Positions 13,300-30,969 are shown, counted from the first letter of the stretch. The stretch is DNA of 64,000 bases from Salpingoeca rosetta (GCA_033442325.1 JAWQFM010000002.1:2320615-2384614), one strand, 5' to 3'. Notes: generated by a model from the sequence alone, not told the origin. Program-made: numbers and translations.

Positions 13300-16200
13300 A
13301 TGGCTCGTGCCTTTTGTGCCACCGCACTCACCGCAGTGTTTCTGTTACTTCTCAGCACGCTGTCAGTAGCACAGCAGGGGACCAATACGCAGGATGAGCA
13401 AAGCGATCTGCACAATTTGCCAATCGCCACCTGTCCCATGAACACAACAACTGCTCTCAATCGCTCATGCGTCACAGGGGGCTCCGACATCGTCTGTTCG
13501 CTCGATGGCACAGAATATCGTAAGTCCTTGCTCACAAAGCACATCCACCTGCGTGTGTGTGTCCTCTTCCTTTCATGTTTCTCCACCCTTCCCCTTTAAC
13601 ACGTCGCGGGTCTCGAGGTCATCACATCACTTCACTATCGGGTGTCACTGCTGGCGCTCTCCCACACTTTACGTTCAAGTTCAGCTGCTTCCTTCAACCT
13701 TCTCTTGTCTTTCTCTTTGTTTACCGTTAACCACGCACTCAATCATGTCTGGTGAATTCATTCCGCAGGCAATGCTGCGTGCGCTGTCTGCCATGGTGTC
13801 GTGGGCATTGTGCCTGGCAAGTGCCCAGAGGTCGTTGCCACCTGCACCAGCGTCGCCGATATGCAGGCCGTGCGAGCGTGTGTCGAGGGCACACAGGACC
13901 TGGTCTGTGGCACGTCCATGATCACGTACCGAAACATCCATTGCTTGGACTGCAGCGGAGATGCGTACCTGCGCACCGGCGTCTGCGCAAACCCAGCCCC
14001 TCCCATCGTGGACACGTGCTCTTCAAATACCACCTGTGGCCTCAGCTTCCTGGACGCGTGCCAGACCCAGGACGCTTCCTACGTGTGCCATAACGGCACC
14101 ACGTACAAGAATGCCGCGTGCGCCATGTGCAACGACGTCCCTCGCTCCGCGGCCGGCACAGGCCGCTGCTACTCGCCACCAGCGCAACCGTCGCCCTTCT
14201 TCGAGGACTGCCCCGAGTCCGCGCCGCCAGCGCTCAAATCCGCCTGCAGCGCATCAAGCGTTGACCCCGTTTGCGGCTGGGACGGCGTCACGTATCGATC
14301 GCACGCGTGTGCGGTCTGCAACAACGTCCGCGCCCCCACCGCTGGCACGTGCGTGAGCTCAAACGTGTCTGACGTGCATTGTCGCGATGGAGACTGCGGT
14401 GTCAACGCCCACTGTGTCCGAGATGTTGTTGACTGCGACTTTGAGACGCCGTGTGCGTGGGGCAGCGTACATGATCTTGGCAGCAGCAGCAGCGTCGCGG
14501 GTGATGGTACCAGTGATACAGAGTCTGCCGTTTCGTTTCATGTTGTTGATGTGTCTGCCTCCAACAACATTGACGGCGTGCCATCCGTTGACCACACGTA
14601 CATGAACCGCACGCGTGGCCACTACATTGTTGCCAGTGCACACACACGCGCGCGTCTGCAGTCGCTGCTCTTCTCCACACGTGACCCGGTCACCCACCAT
14701 GCGTGCCATGTTGCGTTTGCATATGCGTTCAGCGGTGTCGGCGCACATCTCGACGTGTTTGCTGCCACCGCTAGTGAGCTTGCATCCCCAACACTCGTCC
14801 TGTCTCTCAGCAGCAGCAGCAGCAGCAACAACAACAACAACAACAGCAGCAGCACCAGCCCCAACGACAACAGCACAGCCACAGCCGCACAGGTGTGGTC
14901 GACAGCCCACGTCCCAGCAGAGGCGCTGGTGGGCGTTGGCGAGGAGGTAGTGGTCCGGTTCGCCTTGAGCTATGATGAAGGCGGTGCTGGTGGCAGCAAC
15001 AGCAGCAGTGTAGCCAGCGGCGTGTATGTTGCGCTGGATGATATTGCGCTCGTGTGTGACGGCGTGCAGGAGCACGTGTGCCGGTGTGATGACGGCTTCC
15101 ACAATTCCGCAGCAGGAATGGACAGTGATGTTCTTGACTGTAGACCCATTGAAGGTGACACCAACACCACCACTGCCACCGCCACCGCTGAAAGCAATGT
15201 GAGTGTGAGTGTGAGTGTGAGTGTGAGTGTGAGTGTGAGTGTGAGTGTGAGTGTGAGTGTGAGTGTGAGTGTGAGTGTGAGTGTGAGTGTGAGTGTGGGT
15301 GCGAGTGTTAGTGTGAGTGTGAGTGTGAATGTGAGTGCGATGGTGCGCCCTGCCTCTGTGTTCAACCGGGTCTGCATATTTGTTTCCTTTCGGTAAGCGA
15401 GGAAATGTGTTCACCACCACCACCACCACCACCGTCATCACCGCCATCTCCATCATCACGATGATCAATCCACGTCAGGCCGTGTCCGTGTGTCGCGCTG
15501 GCGCCACATGCGAGGAAGTGCTGGAATGCGAACAAGGGGCACCCGATCTCGTTTGTGCAGCAGGCACCCACTTCAAGGTTCGTCTTTCGCGCCAGCAGTT
15601 GTGATGACGAACGATGCATGTGCTTGTTTGTGCGTGTGCATGCGTGTGTGCATGTGTGGGTGTGTGCGTGCGTATGTTTGTGTGTGTGCGTGCGTATGTG
15701 CGTGCGCGTGCGTATGTATGAGCGTTGAGGGTTCCGTTCATCAAGGTTTACACGTCCATCTTCCTTCGTCATCCAAACACACGCGCGCACATCTACTTAT
15801 CGGCCGCTGGTAGAATCGGGCGTGTGCCAAGTGCAACTACGAGATGCCCTCTGCCGTGTACAGCGGTGTCTGTCGCGCTGTACCTGATGACGGTGCCTTC
15901 ATCGACGCGTGCCCGGCAACTGCTGTTGAGTTGTTTCAAAGGTGCGTTTCATCGCCTGCAGGTTGCTTGCAAGCAAATTGCTACGTTGGTGCGTGTGTGT
16001 ATGTGTGTGTATGTGTATGTGTGTATGTGTATGTGTGTATGTGTGTGTATGTGTGTGTATGTGTATGTGTGTATGTGTGTATGTGTGTGTATGCGTGTGT
16101 ATGTATGCGTGTGTATGTATGTGTGTATGTGTGTGTATGCGTGTGTATGTATGCGTGTGTATGTATGCGTGTGCGTGTATGCGTGTGTATGTGTGTATGT

Positions 16201-16417
16201 ACGTGTGTGCGCAGCAATACTACTTCTTCGCACATTGCCGTTAACAGTATGTCCACGCTTTGCATACCTCATTCTCACCGCTTCCCAATACTTTCGTCCT
16301 TCAGCGCGTGCGAGAACCAGCCTGTTGACGTTGTCTGCTCAGACGGACGCAACTACAAGAACACCGGTGAGACACAGTGTATGTATGTGTGTGTGTGTAT
16401 GTATGTGTGTGTGTGTA

Positions 16418-16494
<77 letters not shown>

Positions 16495-19400
16495 ACGTCC
16501 GCATTTGCGTGTTTGTGCATGCACGTGTACATCTTGAATTTCGATCACAACACATCATACAGCATGCACTGACACGCCCCACCATCGACCTCGCGTGCCA
16601 TTGCACTTTCATCCCCCGACACACCACCTGCTTTGGCTCGCCCACCACAGCCTGTGCGCAATGCAACGGCTTTGTTTCCTTCGCCACATCATCGGCGGTC
16701 AGCAGCGTTCCTTCTGTGTTCTTTGGGCCGTGCTCCACCGTCATTAGTGCGCGTACGCGTGATATCGTCACCACTTGTCCCGACACAGCCAGGTGAGGGG
16801 GAAGGGGACGTGTAGATGTGTGGACTTTGGAGTGTGGGCGTGGATGTGCGGGCGCATGCAGAAGTGTATGTGTGCATGTACGTTGATATGACTGTGTGGT
16901 TGAAATTGGCCGCTCTCTGCTGTGCCCTAAGTTAGTAGACACTCTGCGTACGTGCGTGTGCGTGTGTGTGTGTCAACATGCCCCTCCACGCTGTGCAATG
17001 GGGTAGCTGACACTCTGTGACCACCACAACCATTACTATCATCACCACGTTGCACCTGACGTGCTCGTTCCCCAAACAGTGCCGCTGAAGTTTCAAGCTG
17101 CAGCAGCGGTGCAACGTTCGTCATCTGCGGCTCCGACGGCAACCAGTACAGGGTACGCAGCCATGCAAAGCTACTCACGCAATGCAGCTTTGTGGTGGAT
17201 ATGGGTTTATGTATGTGTGTGTATGCATGTGTGTGTATGTATGTGTGTGTATGCATGTGTGTGTGTATGTATGTGTGTGTATGCATGTGTGTGTATGCGT
17301 GTGTATGTGTGTGTATGTGTGTATGTGGGGGGGGGGGCACGTTTGATCTTTCGCTTGTGTGCCGTCAGCGCTCATGAGCACGAAACCTTGCACCCCCCCC
17401 CTCCTCACAACCATCACGACGACGACGACGACGACGATCACCACCACCACCACCAATGTTGTCGCCACCAACACCCGCCACCACCATGACAGAACCTTGC
17501 GTGCATGCGATGCAATTCTGCTTCCTTCTCTGGGCTTGGACTGTGTGGCGCTCATGCTCAAGTGGAGGTGAGCACAATGCACGTGCCATGTCTGCGTATG
17601 AATTGTCTCTGTGTCTGTGTGGGGTCGTTAATGTGTGTTGTGTGTACTTGAGAATGGTCGGTTGTGCTGCGTTGCTTCACCCCTTTATGCAGATGTTCTC
17701 ACTGTCAGTGCTCTCGATGTGCGTGTGTGCGTGTGTGCGTGTGTGCGTGTGTGCGTGTGTGCGTGTGTGCGTGTGTGCGTGTGTGCGTGTGTGCGTGTGT
17801 GCGTGTACGTGCGTGTGTGCGCGCGTGTATGTTTTCCTGTGTGCGCGCGTGAAACCAGGACGGGCGAGCCGTCATCTCGACGTGCCCTGCATCCTCCAAC
17901 CCGTTCTTCGCCACGCTGTGCAATACGCGCGAGCCGCGTATCGTCTGCGCAAACGGCTTCAACTTCAAGTACGTGCATGCTCTTACGACGCGGCATTCAT
18001 ACCCATTTGCCGGCGAACGTGTTGTGTGGGAGTCAGCTCTTCCATGTCTTGTGTGCACACTGTGCACAGCAGCTATCACGTTGCTGTTGTTGTTCAGATT
18101 GGCGTACTAACTGTTGTTGTTTCTCCCTTGTGTTTTGTATGTGTATGTGTGTATGTGTGTGTGCGTGTGTGTGCGTGTGTGTGTGTGTGTGCGTGCTCTG
18201 TAACTGCGATGGTTGACAGGAACACGTTTTGTGCGCGATGCAACGGTTATTCGAGTGAAGTAACCACTTCCCCATGTGAGTGACCCCAGTGCAAATGCGT
18301 GAAGGAGAGGGGGGGGGGAGACGAGAGGTGAGAAAAGGGGAGTGTGCTTTTTCCAGGTCAAGCGCGAGCACGCTCCTAGATGTGCAGACACGCACATCCA
18401 CACATACATGCACCTTTGTGCGTGCACCTCGTTCACCTATGTCCCACTCACATGACGGTTACACGCACTCACAATCCTCTCTTCACACACACACACACAC
18501 ACACAACAATGTGCTCGAATTGCATTGCACATGGCAACAGGTCTTACACTGCAGTATCCAGTGGTGGAGACGTGCAGCGGCAGCAGCAGCAGCACCACCA
18601 CCACCACCACGTCTGAGGATCAGTGTCATGACTTCACACCCGACCCCGTTTGTGGCAGTGACGGCAACTCATACATCAACAGGTGCGCGCGTTTGTGGAG
18701 TGTGTGCGTGTGCGTGCATGCGTGTATTTGCGCGAGGTGTCATTTGTGCGTATGTGCGTGTGTGTGTGTCAGATGTGCAATCTTCATTGCTTGCTTTCAT
18801 TCACACCTGCACACGCACACGTCGTCACATCGGCTGTTGCAGACCCTGTGCCGCGTGCAACGGGCTCAATCCAAATGTTGATGTTGTGGACGGCGCATGC
18901 TACGGCCAAGAGATGGTGTACGAGCCTTGTGCAAACGTCACATGCGACATCAACGCGTCCTGCGCCAAGACATGTCAGTTGCCGCATGTTTCTTGAATCT
19001 GAGCATGTGGCGCTGCACATGTGTTGGGCATGCGAGAGATGACACCACGCTACGTTTACCACTCGTTGAACGGCAAAAGTTCATACACTCATTCACACAC
19101 AAACACACACGCACTCTCTTTCATTCACACATTCACACACATTCACACATTCACACACATTCACACATTCACACACATTCACACTCACACAGTGCTGGAC
19201 TGTGACTTTGAGACGGACATGTGTGGATGGCGCAACAGCAAAGGGGACGATTTGCAGTTTCAGCGCCACAGCGGGTCCACGTCAACGGCACAAACCGGAC
19301 CAACGGTCGACCACACGCTCAACACGACCGAGGGTGTGTATGTGTTCATGGATGCGAGTGATGGTGCGAGCGGACACGAGGCGCACCTGCTGTCTCCGCT

Positions 19401-20956
19401 GCTTACAGCGCTGCAATTCGGCCACAGCTGCGTGCTGGAGTTTTACTACCACATGTGGGGCGCAGACGTGCACTCGCTCTCTGTCGAGGTAATTCGCAAG
19501 CAGGAGGACAACACGTGGAAGGAGCTGTGGCGTGTGGACGCAGGGAACACCCCGAGAGCCGAGCACCGCAACACTTGGCGTGCTGCACACGTCGACCTGT
19601 ACGCGCTGCGCGATGTCGGTGTGGTGCAGCTTCGCTTCGTTGCTCGGCGTGGCGATGGTCCACAGGGGGACGTGGCCCTTGACGATGTGCGGATGGTCTG
19701 TGGAGACGAGAGCAGCGGCACGTGCGTTTGCAACCCTGGCTGGATTGGTGATGGCCATACGTGCGTGCGCGATCCTGATGAGGTTGTGCCCACCACAGCA
19801 CCTCCACCCAGTAACAGCAGCAGCACCAACAGCACACCAGCCACTCTGTCCCCGTCGACCACTACCCAAGCTGCAACGGACACCACGTTTGCGACCACCA
19901 CCAGCGCCATCGTGGAGAATGTTGTTGAGTCGTGCAACCTGCCGGGTGGTATCATTGACCCGTGCGAGTACACCGCGGAGAGCTTCGTGTGCGGAGATGA
20001 TGACGTGACATACAAGAACGCCGTGTGCGCGCTGTGCAACGGCATGACGCAAGTCGTGTCAGGGCCCTGCACCAAGAGCGGCGATGCTGCGACCGTACAC
20101 ACATGCACAGACCTGCAGAGCCCCTTGTTTCTGCAGTGCAACTTCCAGTCTGAGGAGCTGGTGTGCGCAGACGGGAGCTTGTACCGCAACAGGCCGTGTG
20201 CGCTGTGTGCCGGATACGCTGAGGACAAGATTGAGGATGGGCCGTGCGACGGCAGCATCTTTGACCCGTGCAGTGCTGTTCAGTGTGTGGACAACGCAGT
20301 GTGCACGCACACGGCTGCTGACTGCGACTTTGAGGATGCTGCCATGCCCCTCTGTGGATGGACCATTGACAGCGACGACGGTGATGGTGGTAATAGTGGC
20401 GGTGATGGTGGTGGTGATGATGGTGGTGGTGGTGGTGCCAGTGGACGCTTCTCGTGGGTGCGGTGGAGTGGACCAACGCCGTCGAGCCAGACCGGTCCCA
20501 GCGTCGACCACACACTCGGCAACGCCACGGGCCACTACATGTATGCTGAGGCGACGGGAGGCTCGCAGGGGTCACGCACGTTCATGCAGTCACCCGTGTT
20601 TGCGCCCTCGTCGCTTGGGTCTGGATGCTTCCTGGAGTTTTGGTTCCACATGTTCGGGCAACACGTGGAGCCGCTCACGGTGCAGGTGCGGGAGATACGC
20701 AATGCGACGGCATGGGAAGATGTGTGGCGCATATACCCGCCAGCCAATACCGCGGATGCCGAACACGATGTGTGGAGACGCCACGCCACCATCAGCTTGG
20801 CAGCATACACCGGGCCCATCCAGGTGTGTGTGTGTGTATGAACATGTATGTGTGTGTGTGCGTGCGTGGAAGTTGGCAGTGCCGTTTGCGTTTACGGTGT
20901 TTGTTGGTGTCACTTTTCAGCTCTCACATACTTTGACAACTAACCCACACACCCCC

Positions 20957-21033
<77 letters not shown>

Positions 21034-24000
21034 CACACCACGTCCTACGTACAACACATTACAGGTGCGCATTGTTGCTGAACGCGGGAGCGGAATTGAG
21101 GGCGACGTGGGCATCGACGACATTCGCGTGCTGTGCTCGGCGGAGACCGTTGGCCAGTGCGTGTGCAAGGAAGGTTACGCCATGTCGAGTGATGGCACAG
21201 CGTGCGTGCCCAACATTCTTGCGTATCTGTTGTCACGCCCCGACACGCAGCTTGCACTGCAGCTCATCAAGGCATCTGGATTGGGCGATTTCGTCGCATC
21301 TGCACAAGGCCTGACGCTGTTTGCTCCGTCCGACGCCGCCGTTCTCAGCGCATCTGTCAACCCAGATGTTGACCTGACCGACAGGGACACCTTGCGTTCG
21401 TTTGTGCTGCACCACCTCGTCGGCGCGCCGCTGTTGCCCCGACAGCTGGTGAGCGGACAGCGCCTCAACACGCTCTTCGTCACAGACGCCGGATTCCCAC
21501 AGACGCTGTTGGTGCAGCGGCAGAATTCGCAGCTCACAGTCAACGGCGCAACCGTCACCACGCCGAACCTCCATGCCTCGTACGTTTGCTGCAGGTGTAA
21601 TTGGGCGTGTGTGTGAGTGAGTAAGTGAGTGAGTGAGTAAGTGAGTAAGTGAGTGAGTGAGTGAGTGAGTGAGTGAGTGAGTGAGTGAGTGAGTGAGTGA
21701 GTGAGTGAGTGAGTGAGTGAGTTAGTGAATGAGTGAGTGAGTGTGTGAGTGAGTGAGTGAGTGAGTGAGTGAGTGAGTCAATGTGAGTGCGTGAGTGCGT
21801 GAGTGGGTGAGTGAGTGAGTGAGTGAGTGAGTGAGTGTATATGTGTGTGAATGGGCAACACGATGTGCGCACGCACGCGTGAATTACAGGTGTGTGACTG
21901 CAAGGATGCTCTGCTAACAAACGGTACATGCACCCGCTTCCACTGCCTGCGTGTGTGCACACGAACTAGGAACGGGGTGATCCACATTGTGGACGACATC
22001 ATCGCGTTTGATGAGGATCTGTGTGGCGGAACAGAGTGCACGGATACGCAGGAGTGTACGCTTGCCTACAGCAGCAACTTCACTCGCTCCGACAGCTGCG
22101 ACTGCCCGAGTGCCTTTTCATCGGTGTGCGCCATCAGCCCCAGTGGACCGCAGCTGTTCTTCAGTCCATGTGTTGCAGAATGCCTGGATGCACCCATTGT
22201 TGGCACTGGAACCTGTGGTGCACCCCAGTGTCAGGATTTGGAGTCGTGCGACGGCGTGTTGTGTGATTTGCACGCAACTTGTACACCAACAGGGTATGTG
22301 TGAAGTGTGCCTTCTTGCGTTCAAGCAGAAGTGGAAGATGGTGTCCTTGTTTCAGTGTGAGCGTATGAGCCCATACATTTGTTGCTCAGGTTCTGTTGCC
22401 CCTGATGCAAGCGCCCCCATTCTCGTGCCGTTGCTCCCCAACACACACGCACACACATACGTTGAATACACTTGATGCATTGAATAATATGCACGCAGGT
22501 GTCAATGCGCGCTCCGGTACGTTCCTGCAAATCCTGCGCTCGGAGGACAGCGTGGCAACTGCGTGCTGCCATCAGAACGGACGACGACGTCGACGACAAC
22601 AACGACTACAACGACAGTGGAGTCGATGAGCACCACCACTGCTGTAACCACGGGAGCAGTGACACCTGCTGCGACAACACATTCAGACACATCGTCTACG
22701 TCGAGCACTTCGTCTGCAGCAACAACGACGCCAGTGATGGTGGCGTTTGTTTCGAGTGCCCGCTTTGATGCTGAGCTTGCAACTGAAGACCGCGCAGACT
22801 TTGTACAGGCCCTGCGCGAGAGCGTGGTTGATGCTGGTGTTGCACGCTATGACATTCTTGGTGTCGTGTTTGAATCTGACGAGAACGGCGTCGTCGTGCT
22901 TATCAATCTCAGGACGGAACAGGATAAGGCGCGTGTGCGTGTGCGTGTGCATGTGCATGTGCGTGTGCATGTGCGTGAATGTACATGTATGTATGTTCAT
23001 AAGCAACAGCGCGACCATTTTCTCGGTTTGATAGCAACACAACACGCTCACCCTTTCCCCCGTTCCTTGTTTCATGTGTATGTGTGTGTGTGTGTGTGTA
23101 CTCCATCAGGCACTGGTTGATGCTGCCATTGCCGACGGCGACATTCGCGTGTTGTTCTCCTCCCAAACCTTCATTGCTGCACCCGCTTCCAGCCCAGACT
23201 CCGATCAGAACGGTATGTGTGCGAGTGTTCCCATGCGTTCCGTCTCGATGTGTCCATGTGTACATGTGGTGCTGTGCGCGTGTGTGATTTGCGCGTTTTG
23301 TTGGATCGTGTGCATTTGTGTGTGGAATCACAGCATGCGTGTGCTGTTGCCCACACCCACATACATACACACACACACACACGCACACACGCACACACAC
23401 ACGCTCACATACATACATACACCCACATACATACACGCACACACGCACACGCACACACGCACACACACACACACACACACACGTTGTTTGTGCGCGTATT
23501 GCTTCGCAGGTTCACCCAAGACAGCGGCCATTGCTGGCAGCGTTGTGGCTGTGGCCATTGTAATTGGAGGTGCGTGATGGTGTCGTGAGGTGTGCGGGTG
23601 GGAAGCGGGTGTTTTCATGTCGCGTGAATGCCCACATTAGACTAGACGACTCTTTCCTTTTGAATCTCAAACACGACTATGTGGCCTCACATGGGTTTGT
23701 GCGTTTGAGCGTGCGTTTGTGTGTGTTGTTGGTTCCTTGTGCTGCGTACACAATGCAGTTGTGTATATTATGTATCGTAGGGGACTATGCGCTCGCAAGA
23801 GCAGCGTCGGTTATGATTTCACCGCACCCAGCGTCGCATTTGACAACCCGGTAACGTGATTGATTACTTGCCGATGCGCTGTCAACCTGAATGGCATTAC
23901 TGTTGAAAAGGAGGGTGAGGGCACTTGCGAGCACAACTCACCACACACACTCTCACATACACACATACACCCATGGTAGATGTATGACGCGCACGAAGGC

Positions 24001-24072
24001 ATTGTGACCAAGTTATCTGGGTTTGATGATGGCATGCACGGCGAAGATGGATACATGACGGTGGAAGCATAA
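13300..24072 (+). CDS. Large single-pass cell-surface protein: signal peptide, ~12 Kazal-like repeats, 3 MAM domains each flanked by split EGF halves, FAS1, EGF, Thr-rich stalk, SEA-like domain, TM helix, Tyr-motif tail
   Basis: Signal peptide [24 protein letters not shown]. Repeated C..C..VC.DG.TY.N..CA.C..G.C units. MAM motifs CDFE..CGW / GPxxDHT / FYYHMxG / ALDD. FAS1 motifs [46 protein letters not shown], then tail ..[16 protein letters not shown] (stop 24070-24072). About 19 exons join in phase with GT-AG. Confidence 0.9.
15199..15336 (+). repeat. (GTGAGT)n hexamer array beginning exactly at a splice donor
   Basis: 16 perfect units at 15199-15294, then degenerate units. Confidence 0.95.
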
Positions 24073-24093
24073 AGGTTGCTGTTCAAGATGAAA

Positions 24094-24140
<47 letters not shown>

Positions 24141-24960
24141 TGATGATGATGATGATGATGACGATGATGACGATGAGTGAACGAGCTTTGTGCTTTCTTA
24201 TGTCGCTGTCATTGTTGACCTTTGAGCACGCACGTGTGTGCATAGCGTCAGCGAGCCCTGAACCTGTGGGAGTATGCCAGCATCTCTCTCTCTCTCTCTA
24301 TCTCTATTCTGTGTCCGCGGTTGTCATTCATTGGTTTCAACACACTTGGCTGACAGACAAGACTGTAATTGGTGATGCGGGCGTACGATTGCTTTGGGCA
24401 ACAACAGACAACAAGAGGAAGCAGAACGGAGCGGAGAAGTGGAAGTGTGTGGCACTAGCATGCATATGGAAGGGGGGGGGGGAAGGTGTGTGGAAGAGCG
24501 AAGGGGACAGATCAATGCACAGGCAGGAGGAGGGACAGGGGAGTCAGCCAATCTGCTCAATCAAAGACATAACGTGGGTGAAACTCGACAACACACAAAC
24601 AACAAGCACGCACAACGGCGGCAGGAAAGAAATGAAAGCAAGGGAGAGACACGTAGAGCTCAAGATACACACACACACGCTGCAATGCTACCACCGCACT
24701 CGTTGTCTGTGCGTGTCAGACAAGTGACAGCCAAGTGAAGTGTGGTCAAGGACGGCCAAGCACAACGGCAAGGGGGTGGCAAGGCACACAAGATGCTGTT
24801 GGTGGACGAACAAAGCAATGAAAAACGAAGCGATGCTTATGGCCAAGTGGTGTCACGTACTCATGCGCGCACGTGTGTCTTTGTCGATTGGAAAGAGGGC
24901 AAGCAAGCAAGCAAGCAATGCAGGCGTACACGTGTGCATCTGTGGACCGCGCGAGTTGGA

Positions 24961-29300
<4,340 letters not shown>

Positions 29301-29605
29301 TGGCGATGAGGCAAAGAAGGGTTCAACAGCACAAGCTTCATGTGAATGGGACATGGGAGGTAGGCAAGATGGCATGCATCACAACGATCAAGGGGAGCAA
29401 GAGCAGCATGCAGCTGTTACACAGCTTGCAGCAGAGACATCATCATGTGGAGAGAGGCAAACGGGGAGAGGCAAACGCACCATGCTGATGTTTCAATGAT
29501 ACGGTTGATCAGACACCACTCAAAGGTGAACAGCTATCGGGATCTCTGTGCTGTCATGCAAGGCAAGAAGCGCAGCGCCGTCAATGAGCCCCGAGATTCA
29601 CACAC

Positions 29606-29658
<53 letters not shown>

Positions 29659-30969
29659 CACCACCACCACCACACACACGTTCCCCAAGTTAGGGGCGAG
29701 CAGGCAGCAAACGATGCGCAGGCAAGGAAACAGGCCGAACAACGTACTCAGCCAGCCAACAACTGCACGAACGCAAACACACGCATGTGCATGCACACAC
29801 ACACACAAAGTAAGCGCAGACATTGGCGGCATTGGTGTGTTAACAGTCAAGCAGAACATACCTAACAGCGAGAACAGTCAACGATGAATGTGATGTCGTC
29901 TCGTGTGGAGTGAGCTGTTGCAAGTTGCTGGCTGGTCACCGGGCCCGCCACAAAACAAACAAAAAAAGTTGTGCAGGTGTCTTGCTTGGTTGGTTGGTTG
30001 ATACGGGCAATGTGGCTGTTGCACCGAGCCACACGAAACGCTGCGTGTCCAAAAACAAACAGCAGCGAGAGCGGTGGGAAACGGCTGTTGGCTGCTGCTG
30101 TCTGTGATACGATACGAGGCAGCCTCAAGGGAGAGCAGCAAGGCAGGCGGAGGGAGTGTGTGTGTGTTTGTTGTGTGTCGTCTCGCTTCTTGTTCGGCAA
30201 ACGATGAGTTGTGTGGTTGTGGCGGAAGCGACAACAGCAGCGGGAGCAGCCAAAAAAAAATATGACGAAAATCAGCCAAATCAAGCACAACACTTCCCTA
30301 ACAGAGGTCGACTTGCAAATATGTGAAAACGTCTGTAAATTTTCGACGGGAACCGGAACAGAGACATGACAGCACAATTTATTGTTGCTGACAGTTTGTG
30401 GGAACTTGCTCGCTGCTGCTCGCTGTGCGTTTTTTCCCGCACAACGATCACATCCTGATTCACCGACAAGCAGAGCAGGGCAGAGTGGCAGAAGAAGCAA
30501 AGAAGTGAGTGGCGGGGCTTGTCTCGTCCGCAACGTGAGGGTTGGAGCAAAGACAACAAGGCACAAAGGGGCGAGGGAGAGCGGTGAAGCGGGTTTACCT
30601 TTTGATTGATGGTGTGTGTTTGTTGCGGTGAAACGGCAGCCACGTGGCTTCGTTGTGTCGTTTGGCGCGGTCTCGCGCTACGAAATTGGCGGTTATCATG
30701 GAGTGGCGTGGAGGGGGGAATGGGTTGCGTTGCATGCTTGATGACCTGCATGACTGTGCGGCGATGAACAACGCTCGTTGGCATTGTGGTATTGTGGTGT
30801 GGTTTACTGGCGAGTGTTGGTGGTCTGTCAGTCTGATGACTGTTGATGGGTCTTGTTTCCATGCTCAAGGACTCAAATAACCTTTTTTTTTTCTTTTTTT
30901 TTTTGTGGTGTGCCACACGGCAGACGCACACGTTGTCTCGACCGTGGGCCGGACCACATACCCGCCTGC

